Assembly: GCA_963726745.1 (NCBI GenBank)
Contig: CAVSDR010000003.1
Span: 1,116,078 to 1,180,077 of the forward strand
DNA from: an uncultured Verrucomicrobiae bacterium
GTDB lineage: Bacteria > Verrucomicrobiota > Verrucomicrobiia > Chthoniobacterales > UBA10450
Direction: 5' to 3'
DNA: 64,000 nt
Shown: positions 40,957-50,472 of the stretch, in pieces
Layout of the letters: the number at the start of each line of letters is the position of its first letter
Numbering within the stretch: the stretch's first letter is position 1
Position numbers and translations under genes: made by a program
The notes under the pieces: generated by a model
Told to the model about the DNA's origin: nothing
The model's database searches: none
What the model saw: the letters and a program-made list of their open reading frames with translations, nothing else

Positions 40957-43286
40957 AAACGCAGGCGCGCCGGTGCTCATTCTCGCTCCCGTGGGGCGGG
41001 ACGCCGAGCTGGCCGCGAGCGTCCTGCGGAAGGCCGGCTACGAAGTCGAAATCTGCCGGAGCCTGCGCGAGCTCGCCGAGCGCGTGGGGGAAAATGCCGG
41101 CGCCATCTTGCTGGCTAAAGAAGCGCTGGTGCAGGCCGACCTGCCGGGCTTCCGCGAAAAACTCGCGCAGCAGCCGCCCTGGTCCGATCTGCCGATTGTT
41201 CTGCTGACGCATACCGGCTCGGTGAGCGATGCCAGCCAGCGCGCCCTCCAGCTTCTGGGACCGGATGTGAACGTGACTTTGATCGAGCGCCCGATGCGCG
41301 GAAACACGCTCATGAGCGTGATCCGCGTGGCCCTGCGCGCGCGCCGCCGGCAGTACGAAGTGCGCGACTTGATCGAGCAACGCGAGACCGTGCTGGCTTC
41401 GATCAGCGACGCCTTCTCGGCGATCGATCACGACTGGCGCTACACTTACGTGAACGAACGCGTGGCCGAGCTCGCCGGGCGCCCGCGCGAGGAGATGGTC
41501 GGGCGCGATCATCTGGGAGATTTTCCCAGACGCGGTCGGCACGGAATTTTACCACATGGCGCAGAGCGCGATGAAACTGCGCAAGCCGGTGCAGGCGGAG
41601 TTTTTTCACCCGCCGTGGCAGCGCTGGCTCGACACCCGCATTTACCCCACGAAAGGCGGGATCGTGATCTTCCGCGCGGACGTGAGCGCGCGCAAAGCGC
41701 AGGAACTGATCGCGGCGCAGACCTCGGAGAAGTTGAAGGAAAGCGAAGATCGCCTGCGTCTCGCGACCGAAGCGGCGGCCATCGGGACGTTCGATTATTA
41801 CCCGCAAACCGGCGAGCTGAAGCTCTCGGAGCGGGCGAAGGATTTGCTCGGACTCACGCCAGAGGACGACTCGAGCTACGCCAATTACCTCGCGGCGTTC
41901 CACCCGGACGATCGGCACATTCCGCCGGAGACGGTCGCGCGCGTGCTTCAGCCGGGCGCGCACGATCATTACGAGATCGAGTATCGCGTCCTTCCACCGC
42001 GCACCGGCGAAGAGCGCTGGCTGGTGGAGCGCGGCCGGGTGGTCCTGGACCACGCCGGGCAGGCGACGCGCTTCATCGGCACTTTCCTCGACGTGACCGA
42101 GCGGAAGCACTCCGAGATCGCGCTGCAAAAAGCGAAGCAGGAAGCGGAAGCGGCCAATCGCGCGAAGGACCAATTCCTCGCGATGCTCTCGCATGAGCTG
42201 CGCACGCCGCTGACCCCGGTCTTGATGACGATCGCCTCGCTTCGCCGGCAAAGCGATTTGCCGGAAGGCCTGCGGCAGGACCTGGAGATTCTCCAGCGCA
42301 ATGTGGAGCTGGAAGCACTCCTGATCGACGACTTGTTAGACCTGACCCGGATCGCGCACGGGAAGCTCGAGCTGCAGGGCGACGCGGTCGACGTGCACGC
42401 CTCGCTCGATCATGCGCTCGCCATTTCCGCGGGCGAGATCGGCGAGAAACAACTGGTCGTTAGCCGACATTATGACGCGCGCGAGCACCACAGCTGGGCG
42501 GATGCCGCCCGCCTGCAGCAGGTCTTTTGGAACCTGGTTAAGAACGCGGCCAAGTTCACCCCGCTGGGCGGCACCCTCGAGCTGCGCACGCGCAATGATG
42601 CGGAGCACAACATCGTCGTGCAGGTGGTCGACAGCGGCATCGGCATCGCCCCGGACTTGATGCCGCGGATCTTTGACGCCTTCGAGCAGGGTGGGCGCAC
42701 AGTCACGAGCAAGTTCGGCGGGCTCGGCCTGGGCCTGGCGATTTCCAAGCGCGTAGTCGACCTGCTCGGCGGCACGATCGCGGTCGAAAGCGCCGGCCGC
42801 GGGGAGGGCGCGACGTTTACGGTTACTTTGAAAGCGATGGAGACGTCGCTGCTCGACCAGACCACGGTGCTCCCGGTGGAGGCGCGGGTGAGTGCAAGCA
42901 CGGCGCTCCTCCTGGTGGAGGATCACGAGGACACTGCGCGCGTGCTCCGGCGGATCCTGGAGAATGCCGGCTATTCCGTGCGGCATGCCGACAGCCTGGC
43001 GGCGGCGCGCGAGCTGGCCGCGGAGCAGACGTTCGATCTCGTGATCAGCGACCTCGGGTTGCCGGATGGAAGCGGCACGGAATTAATGCGGCACCTGCGC
43101 GCGACCTACGGTCTCACCGGGATCGCGCTGAGCGGCTTTGGGACCGACGACGATTTGGCGGCAAGCTCGGCTGCCGGGTTTGCCGAGCACCTGACGAAAC
43201 CGGTGGATTGGCCGCAACTGCGAGGCGCGATCGATCGCCTGCTTGCGGCCCGCGCGCAAAAGGGCGATTTGGAAGCGACCGCATGA
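40943..43286 (+). CDS. Cytoplasmic hybrid histidine kinase (pseudo-REC, PAS-PAS, HisKA, HATPase, REC; apparent frameshift near 41506)
   Basis: YTYVNER PAS, FHPDD PAS, LSHELRTPL, NAAKFT, GGLGLGL, LVEDH...SDLGLPDG...KP. Confidence 0.9.
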
Positions 43287-43654
43287 AATTCTTCGCCTCA
43301 CTCCCACCACCGCCGCGGCCGCCCCGTCGCCCACCGGCCCCGCCGCGCCTGCGCCGCCGGCCGGCCGGGCTGCGTTCTCACCCGGCGGACATCGTCCGCC
43401 TGGCACCGACGCTCGTGGGTCAATGGAGCGAGCCAGGCAGCGCGGACTCGATGGAGTTTCTCGCGAACGGGATGTTGTTTGAGCGCCTGGCCACGGGCGA
43501 GGTGATCCAGGGCTCCTACGAATTGAAGGGCGCGCGGCTGCGGATCGAACTCGACGGGATGGAGGAAGCGCTGCGCTTCACCGTTGGCCTAACGAGGGAA
43601 GAGCTGGAGTTGACCGACCCGGAAGGGCAGGCCACGCGTTATCGCCGTTTGTAA
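43283..43654 (+). CDS. Hypothetical protein with Pro/Arg-rich N-terminus
   Basis: ATGA overlap with kinase stop; LVGQW...MEFLANG...GSY beta-rich domain. Confidence 0.6.
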   Translation: MKFFASLPPPPRPPRRPPAPPRLRRRPAGLRSHPADIVRLAPTLVGQWSEPGSADSMEFLANGMLFERLATGEVIQGSYELKGARLRIELDGMEEALRFTVGLTREELELTDPEGQATRYRRL

Positions 43655-43655
43655 G

Positions 43656-44042
43656 ATGAAAAACTTCACGCTCGTTTTCCTGGCGCTCCTTTTAGGCAGC
43701 GCTTTCCTGCTCCCGGCCGCGGAGGAAGAAGCGCCGCCATACATCGGAAATTGGTCGAACGGCCGCGGCGAGACGCTCAAGATTACCCGGCGCACGATCC
43801 AGTTTGCCGAGAACGACCCGGTGCCCTACCGCGACATCACCCGCGCGACCGATGGCAGCGCCTTCGAATTGCAGATCACCGCGCGCGGCGAGGTGAACGC
43901 GTTTGCCGGCAAATTCCTCGGCCTGGCCTGCGGGGAGGATTCCATGGAAATGGTCGGCTATCGCTCGCACGGCGATTACCTGGAGGAAAAGAATCCGCAG
44001 GAGCGGGTGCGCTGGGAAAAAGACGCAGGGGAAGATGAGTGA
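43656..44042 (+). CDS. Secreted hypothetical protein
   Basis: Signal peptide, YIGNWS motif, operonic spacing. Confidence 0.7.
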   Translation: MKNFTLVFLALLLGSAFLLPAAEEEAPPYIGNWSNGRGETLKITRRTIQFAENDPVPYRDITRATDGSAFELQITARGEVNAFAGKFLGLACGEDSMEMVGYRSHGDYLEEKNPQERVRWEKDAGEDE

Positions 44043-44099
44043 TTTCCCGGGAAGGTTCCTGATTGACAGTTTGTTACCAAAACCCTTAGTCACGTGCGC

Positions 44100-44423
44100 A
44101 TGAAACGATTGCTGCTCGCCGCTCCCGCCTTTTTCGCCACCACCGCGCTTTTCGCCCAGGAGACCGTATCCGAGGCGACGCCCTCCGATGCCGCCGGCGC
44201 GGCCGGGGCCTTGATCGGTGGCACCTGCGGCTGCGTGGTCATGCTGGTGAGCCTCGCGATCTGGATTTTCCTGGTGGTCTACGTGTATCGCGACGCGAAG
44301 AAGCGCGGGATGGATAACGCCATCTTGCTGACTATTCTCACGGCCTTCACTGGGTTGCTCGGCTTCATCATCTATCTCTTGATGCGTCCCAAAAATCCGC
44401 CGACCTCGGGCACGAGCGTCTAA
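44100..44423 (+). CDS. Small membrane protein
   Basis: Signal peptide; YVYRDAKKRGM...GFIIYLLMRP two-TM motif; TTGACA upstream at 44063. Confidence 0.75.
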   Translation: MKRLLLAAPAFFATTALFAQETVSEATPSDAAGAAGALIGGTCGCVVMLVSLAIWIFLVVYVYRDAKKRGMDNAILLTILTAFTGLLGFIIYLLMRPKNPPTSGTSV

Positions 44424-44430
44424 CGCGCGG

Positions 44431-44790
44431 GTGAACGCTTCCACGACCGCGGCGGCTCGAACGGGCCGTCGCGGTTGGATTCTCGGGATCGCCGCGGTGG
44501 CTTTGGCTGCCGCGGCGATTTTCGATTGGAGCCGCCCCCCCGCGCAGCAGGCCTCGCGGGTCCTCTTCGAGCGCGGCGTGGTCGCGTCCTATCGGAAGTT
44601 CGTCCGGCCGGTGACTGCGCGCTTCGTGCATTGCCGGTTTTACCCGACCTGCTCGGAATACGCGGTCCAGGCGGTGGGGCGGTTTGGTTTCCCGAAAGGC
44701 GCCTGGCTGAGCGTGCGCCGCCTCGCGCGCTGCACCCCATGGAGGGCGCCGGGAACCTACGACCCGGTGCCGCCGCTTCGCACTCGTTAG
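44431..44790 (+). CDS. yidD: Membrane protein insertion efficiency factor YidD-like
   Basis: CRFYPTCSEY, RRLARCTPW..GTYDPVP. Confidence 0.85.
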   Translation: MNASTTAAARTGRRGWILGIAAVALAAAAIFDWSRPPAQQASRVLFERGVVASYRKFVRPVTARFVHCRFYPTCSEYAVQAVGRFGFPKGAWLSVRRLARCTPWRAPGTYDPVPPLRTR

Positions 44791-45236
44791 GCGGCGTAAC
44801 CGCCGGAGATGTAACGCTCGAGCTGCTCGAGCGCGGCGCCTTGCACGGAAATGACGTGCTTCACCAGATCGCCGATGGAGATCACGCCGCAGATGTCGCC
44901 CGCGCGCACCACCGGCAGATGGCGGATGCGCTTCTCGGTCATGAAGCGCAGGCAATCGTCGACCGACTGTTTCGGGTCCACCGTGGTCAGCTGCGAGGTC
45001 ATGATCTCCTTGACCTTGGTGTCGCGGGAACGCTTCCCGTGCAGCATGATTTTGCGGGTGTAATCCCGTTCCGAAATAATTCCCACGAGTTCGCCGTGCT
45101 CGACTACAAGGAGCGCCCCGACGTTCTTCTCGGCCATCAAAGCCACCGCGTCGTAGACCGTGGCATCGGGGTCGATCGAGATCACTTCGCCGCGCTTCTG
45201 ATTCAGGATTGAGTCGATGTTGCCGGTTACGTTCAT
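44787..45236 (-). CDS. CBS domain protein
   Basis: NVGALLV, GIISERDY, RIRHLPV, ISIGDLVK. Confidence 0.92.
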   Translation of the reverse strand: MNVTGNIDSILNQKRGEVISIDPDATVYDAVALMAEKNVGALLVVEHGELVGIISERDYTRKIMLHGKRSRDTKVKEIMTSQLTTVDPKQSVDDCLRFMTEKRIRHLPVVRAGDICGVISIGDLVKHVISVQGAALEQLERYISGGYAA

Positions 45237-45313
45237 GAGTGCCTTTCCCTTTGCCTGGTGAGGGATGAGCCTAGCGCCCGGTTTCCCGGCGGCGCAAGCG
45301 TTCTCTCTCCCGG

Positions 45314-45490
45314 CTAGCGCTGGCAAAAGGCAAATTCGCACTGCTGCGCGCGCACCGGCGCGGCCGGCGCGGCCAGCGAAAGGCGAAGGGCGCGCAGCAT
45401 GCGCAGCCCGCGCTCGATGCGATCGGGGCGGACGGAGTAGGGGACGGGGAGGAGCGTGCGACGGCGGGAGCGAGTGGAATAAGTTTTCAT
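45314..45490 (-). CDS. Small Arg-rich ORF (58 aa) divergent from WYL regulator
   Basis: MKTYSTRSRRR...QQCEFAFCQR; ATG 23 bp from the palindromic operator. Confidence 0.45.
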   Translation of the reverse strand: MKTYSTRSRRRTLLPVPYSVRPDRIERGLRMLRALRLSLAAPAAPVRAQQCEFAFCQR

Positions 45491-45513
45491 GCGCGCCATC
45501 TTGTGCGAGAGCA

Positions 45514-45532
45514 TCGGACATTAGCTGTCTGA
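45514..45532. promoter_or_regulatory. Putative WYL-regulator operator
   Basis: TCGGACA-TTAGC-TGTCTGA inverted repeat (1 mismatch) between divergent starts. Confidence 0.6.
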
Positions 45533-45557
45533 GGCTGAAGATTTTTGCGATTATTTT

Positions 45558-46568
45558 ATGCCCTCCCCAAATCAACATTCCCGCCCGCCGCTCGAGCGGA
45601 TGATGCGCATCCACAGCCAGCTGAAGGCGGATGACTTTCCGAATTGCCGGAAAATAGCCGACGAGCTGGAGGTCTCGAGCAAGACGATCCTGCGCGACAT
45701 CGATTTCATGCGCGACCGGCTGGGTTTGCCGATCGAATACGAGCCGAAGCGCTTCGGCTATCACTACACCGAGGAGGTGACGAGCTTTCCGAGCATCGAG
45801 GTTTCCGAGGGCGAAGTGGCGGCGCTTTTCGTCGCGCAAAAAGCGCTCGCGCAATATCGCGGGACGCCTTTCGAGCGGCCGCTGCGCTCGGCTTTCCGGA
45901 AAATAGCCGACAGCCTGCGCGAGCGCGTTTCGTTTTCCTGGGACGACATGGAGGAGGCGATCTCGTTCCACAGCGCGGGCGCGAGCGTGGCCGACCTGGA
46001 GTTATTCGAGGCGGTCAGCCGCGCGGTCCTGCAATCGGTCGAGCTGGAGTTCGAATACCGGAAACTCCAGGGGAAAGACTACGAGGCGCGCCGGGTGCGG
46101 CCCTACCACATCGCCTGTCTGGAGAATCAATGGTATGTCTTCGCGGAAGATCTCGAGCGCAAAGACCTGCGCACCTTCGCGCTCCCGCGGATGCGTGCGG
46201 TGCGCCCGACGAGGACGAAATTCCGCCGGCCGGCGGACTTCTCGATCAGCAAAGTTTTAAGCGGCAGCTTCGGGGTCTTCGAGGGAGGGAAGAAGCACCG
46301 GATCAAGCTGCAGTTCGACGCTTTTGCCGCGCGCCTGGTAAGCGAGCGCACCTGGCATCAATCGCAGAAGTTTCGCGCGTGCGCCGACGGCGGCGCGCTT
46401 GTGGAAATGGAACTCGGCGGGCTGGAGGAGATCGAGCGCTGGATCCTGAGCTGGGGAGAGCACGTGACCGTGCTCGCGCCGGCGGAATTGCGCGATCGGG
46501 TCCTGCGACAGGCCGAGGCGGTGACCGCGCTTTACCGGCCGCGGGAAGCGGCCGGCAAAAGTCGCTGA
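45558..46568 (+). CDS. HTH-WYL-WCX transcriptional regulator (YafY/PafBC/DriD-like)
   Basis: IADELEVSSKTILRDIDFM HTH; RRVRPYHI..ENQWYV..DLRTFALPRM; WILSWGEHVTVLAPAELR. Confidence 0.93.
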   Translation: MPSPNQHSRPPLERMMRIHSQLKADDFPNCRKIADELEVSSKTILRDIDFMRDRLGLPIEYEPKRFGYHYTEEVTSFPSIEVSEGEVAALFVAQKALAQYRGTPFERPLRSAFRKIADSLRERVSFSWDDMEEAISFHSAGASVADLELFEAVSRAVLQSVELEFEYRKLQGKDYEARRVRPYHIACLENQWYVFAEDLERKDLRTFALPRMRAVRPTRTKFRRPADFSISKVLSGSFGVFEGGKKHRIKLQFDAFAARLVSERTWHQSQKFRACADGGALVEMELGGLEEIERWILSWGEHVTVLAPAELRDRVLRQAEAVTALYRPREAAGKSR

Positions 46569-46611
46569 CTGTTTTCCCGGCGGGAACGCGCTTCTGTCTA
46601 GGAGGACGGAA

Positions 46612-46728
46612 GTGTCGATGGATCGAAGCGAGAACAAGCGAATTCTGCCGCGTCCGCTTTGGAGCTTGCTGGCTCTTTTGTTGGTCGCGCTCGGCTTGGC
46701 TTGGATGATCCGGCTGGCCTTTGCGTAA
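46612..46728 (+). CDS. Small single-TM peptide (36-38 aa), not in ORF track
   Basis: AGGAGG at 46600-46605, GTG 46612 or ATG 46618; MDRSENKRILPRPLWSLLALLLVALGLAWMIRLAFA. Confidence 0.5.
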   Translation: MSMDRSENKRILPRPLWSLLALLLVALGLAWMIRLAFA

Positions 46729-46766
46729 GCCTTCACGTGGCCAGGCCAGCCCGGCGTGCTCGGCGG

Positions 46767-48134
46767 CTACCGACGGGTGGTCGCGGCGAACTTCTGCTCG
46801 ATCAAATCGTGCAGCTGGCCGCTAAGGATCGGATGGTCGAGTCGCTGCACCACTTCATCGAGGAAGCCGGCCACGAGCAGATGCTGCGCGACTTTTTTCG
46901 GAATGCCGCGCGCCAGGAGGTAGAAAAGCTCGTCCTCATCGATCTGGCCGGAAGTCGCCCCGTGGCTGCACTTCACGTTGTCGGCTAAAATTTCCAACCC
47001 TGGCATCGAGTTCGCCTCGGCGTCGTCACTCAGGAGAAGATTGCGCACCGTCTGGTAGGCATCGGTGAAATGCGCTGCCGGCTCTACCCGAATGAGTCCG
47101 CCGAAAGTGGTGCGCGCGCTGTCGCTCAAGGAATTCTTGTAGAGCAGATCGCTCGTGGTGTGGGGCGAAGCGTGATCCTGCAAAGTGCGCGCATCAAATT
47201 CCTGCGCGCCATGCGCGACCGCGACTGCGAGCAGGTCGCTCCGCGCGCCCTCACCAATCAGTCGGCTAAAACTCTCGAAGCGCGAGTAGGCGCCGCCGAG
47301 GTTGAGATTGAGGCTCATCGCGGTCGCGTCGCGCTCCGCGGTGGTGGCGTTCATCTGGATGGAGACCACGCTTTCGTCCCACTCCTGCACGCAGACGTAT
47401 TTCACCTGCGCGCCGCGCCCAACCACGAGATCGTTGACCCCGCAGGAGAAACCGCGTCGGCCCCTTTGCGCGGAGCGGAAATGCTCCACCACCGTGACCT
47501 TCGCCATCTCGTCGGCGATTAAAAGCGTGTGCGGAAAGACGCTCGCGTTCTCTCCATTCAGCCAATGAAAAATCTCGATCGGCAATTCCACTTCCACGCC
47601 GCGCGGGACGTAAACGAAAGTGCCGGCACGGACAAAAGCCTCGTGCAGCGCGGCAAACTTGGCCGAGCCCAGCGGGGTCGGTTGCGCCATGAAGTGCTGC
47701 CGGAAAAGTTGCTCGTGCTCGGCCAGTCCGCGCTCGAGCGACTTCAAAATCACGCCCTGCTTTTGCAGTGCTTCCGGGAGAGGATTTTCCTGGAGGAGGA
47801 AGTTGTCGGCAAAAATTAGTCGGCCGGATGTGGGCGAAAGCGACACGGAACGCTCAAGCAGTTGCTGGCGCTCGGCCGCCAAAGGCGCGCCAGCGAGCAC
47901 GTAGGGCGCAAGGTCGAGCGCGTTCACGTTCGAAAAACGCCAGGGCTGATCCTTCCGCGCCGGCATCGGCAAGGAAGCGAAGCGGGTCCAGGCCTCGTCC
48001 TGCCGGCTGCGGAACCAGGCCGGCAGATCATTCGTTAGGCCATCGGGCTGGCCGGAAAGAATCGCCGGCGCGGAAGATTCCTGCGGGGATGCGATCTCGG
48101 TCACTTCGTCAAGCACAGCGGTCTCGTGGCTCAT
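46767..48134 (-). CDS. sufD: Fe-S cluster assembly protein SufD
   Basis: WRFSN, SDLLYK, NLLLSDDAEANSMPGLEI, VKCSHGATSG, FYLLARGI. Confidence 0.93.
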   Translation of the reverse strand: MSHETAVLDEVTEIASPQESSAPAILSGQPDGLTNDLPAWFRSRQDEAWTRFASLPMPARKDQPWRFSNVNALDLAPYVLAGAPLAAERQQLLERSVSLSPTSGRLIFADNFLLQENPLPEALQKQGVILKSLERGLAEHEQLFRQHFMAQPTPLGSAKFAALHEAFVRAGTFVYVPRGVEVELPIEIFHWLNGENASVFPHTLLIADEMAKVTVVEHFRSAQRGRRGFSCGVNDLVVGRGAQVKYVCVQEWDESVVSIQMNATTAERDATAMSLNLNLGGAYSRFESFSRLIGEGARSDLLAVAVAHGAQEFDARTLQDHASPHTTSDLLYKNSLSDSARTTFGGLIRVEPAAHFTDAYQTVRNLLLSDDAEANSMPGLEILADNVKCSHGATSGQIDEDELFYLLARGIPKKVAQHLLVAGFLDEVVQRLDHPILSGQLHDLIEQKFAATTRR

Positions 48135-48171
48135 TGTCGACAACAGAAGGTAAACGGTGGCCGCGCCGGCG

Positions 48172-49582
48172 CTAGCCGACCGAACCTTCCATCTCCAGTT
48201 CGATCAGGCGCTTGAGTTCCACGCTGTATTCCATCGGGAACTGGCGCACGAGATCGTTCACAAAACCGTTCACGCTCAAGCTCATCGCCTGCGCTTCCGA
48301 GAGGCCGCGCTGTTGCATGTAAAAGATCTGCTCGGCCGAAACCTGCGAAACGCTGGCTTCATGTTGCACGCTATTGCCGGTGCCGCGGACGGTGATCGCC
48401 GGGTAGGTGTCGGTGCGCGAGTTCGAGTTGATCAGGAGCGCGTCGCACTCGGTGTTGTTCTTGCAGTTCTTGAGATGCTTCGGCACGTGCACCAGGCCGC
48501 GATAGGTCGCGCGGCCGGTGCCGATCGAGATCGACTTCGAGATGATGTTGCTGGTGGTTTCGTCGGCCGCGTGGACCATCTTCGCGCCGGTGTCCTGGTG
48601 CTGGCCGTTGCTCGCCAAAGCGATGGATAAAACTTCGCCGCGCGCCTTGCGGCCTTTCAGGACGACGCCGGGATACTTCATCGTCAGGCGGCTGCCGATG
48701 TTGCAATCGATCCACTTCACTTCCGCTTCCTCGTGCGCGATCGCGCGCTTGGTCACGAGGTTGAAGACATTAGCCGACCAGTTCTGCACGGTGATGTATT
48801 GGATCTTCGCGCCCTTGAGCGCGACCAATTCCACAACCGCGCTGTGCAGCGTGGCGGTGTTGAACTTCGGCGCGGTGCAGCCTTCCATGTAGGTCAGCTC
48901 CGCGCCTTCATCGACGATGATGAGGGTGCGCTCGAACTGCCCGAAATTCTCCGCGTTGATCCGGAAGTAAGCCTGCAGCGGGTGCTTCACCTTCACGCCC
49001 GGCGGGACGTAGATGAACGAGCCACCGCTGAAGACCGCGCTGTTGAGCGCGCTGAATTTGTTGTCGCCGGTCGGGATGACTTTGCCGAACCACTTCCGGA
49101 AAATCTCCGGGTGATTCTTCAAGCCCTCGGTCGAGCCGACAAAGATCACGCCCTGCTCGCCGACCGCAGCCTTGATGTTGGAGTAAACCGCTTCGCTGTC
49201 GAACTGCGCTTCCACGCCGGCGAGAAATTTGCGTTCCTGCTCCGGGAATGCCGAGGCGCTCGAAGGTGCGTTTGACGTCATCGGGCACATCTTCCCAGCT
49301 GCGTTTCGCCTGCGTGCCGCTGCTCAGGTAGTAGCGGATGTTTTCGAAGACGATTGCCTCGAGATCCTTGCTCGCCCAATGCGTCGGCATGGGTTTGCTC
49401 AGGAAAGTTTTCAGCGCGTTCAGGCGGAATTCGCGCACCCATTCCGGGTCTTCCTTGATGTTGGAGATGTAGTGGATCGTGTCTTCCGTCAGGCCGGTGC
49501 CCGCGTCGTGCAGATGGGTTTCCGGATAGGCGAAATTGCCGGCGTTCCGTTCGATCTCGAGAGCTGTGACTTCGTTCGACAT
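48172..49582 (-). CDS. sufB: Fe-S cluster assembly protein SufB (apparent frameshift near 49243)
   Basis: [48 protein letters not shown]. Confidence 0.95.
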
Positions 49583-49593
49583 ATAGATTCCCT

Positions 49594-50358
49594 TCAGACT
49601 GCGGCGGGCTCCGCGAGAACTTCGCGCACCCAGTCGTAACCTTTCTCTTCCAATTCCAACGCCAGGTCCTTCCCGCCACTGCGGACGATCTGACCTTTCA
49701 CCATCACGTGCACGTGATCCGGCACGATGTAATCGAGCAGCCGCTGGTAGTGCGTGATCAAGAGGACGCCAAGGTCCTTTCCGCGGAGCGAATTCACCCC
49801 GTGAGCCACGATCTTGAGCGCGTCGATGTCGAGCCCGCTGTCGGTCTCGTCGAGCACCGCATATTTAGGCTGCAACATGGCGAGCTGGAGAATTTCGTTC
49901 CGCTTCTTCTCGCCGCCGGAGAAGCCTTCGTTGACTGAGCGCGAGGTGAACGAGCGATCCATCTCCAGCAGGTCCATCTGCTTGTAGAGCTCGGCGTAGT
50001 AGTCGGTCGCCTCGAGTTCTTCGCCTTCCGGGAGACGCGCCTGGACGGCGGCGCGGAGGAAATTGGCAATGGTCACGCCTGGAATTTCGCTCGGGTATTG
50101 GAAAGCGAGGAAGATGCCTTTGCGCGCGCGCTCATCCGGCTCGAGACCCATAATGTCCTCGCCATCCATGGTCACGGTGCCGCCGGTGACGGTGTAATCG
50201 GGATGGCCCGCGAGGATTTTCGCGAGAGTGCTTTTGCCGGAGCCGTTCGGTCCCATGATCGCGTGCACTTCACCCTTCGGCACGGTCAGGCTCAAGCCGC
50301 GGAGAATCTCCTGCTCGCCGATGGTGGCGCGTAAATTATTGATCGCTAATTCGTTCAT
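49594..50358 (-). CDS. sufC: Fe-S cluster assembly ATPase SufC
   Basis: [39 protein letters not shown]. Confidence 0.96.
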   Translation of the reverse strand: MNELAINNLRATIGEQEILRGLSLTVPKGEVHAIMGPNGSGKSTLAKILAGHPDYTVTGGTVTMDGEDIMGLEPDERARKGIFLAFQYPSEIPGVTIANFLRAAVQARLPEGEELEATDYYAELYKQMDLLEMDRSFTSRSVNEGFSGGEKKRNEILQLAMLQPKYAVLDETDSGLDIDALKIVAHGVNSLRGKDLGVLLITHYQRLLDYIVPDHVHVMVKGQIVRSGGKDLALELEEKGYDWVREVLAEPAAV

Positions 50359-50472
50359 TTTGCGGAGGGACAAGGTAGCGCGGTCTGGCCGTTTTGCTAA
50401 CGGCGAATCGCCTTCTGTCCTTCCGCGCGACTTGGCCGCCCGGATGCTCCGGGCATCGCTCCCGGGGGAGAA

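Noticed and set aside
44431..44790. yidD-like gene outside the rnpA-yidC cluster as a novelty
   Set aside because: Orphan yidD paralogues are common
36960..46568. Helicase, KaiC-like ATPase and WYL gene as an anti-phage defence island
   Set aside because: Genes are separated by unrelated genes, with no nuclease, methylase or mobile-element context
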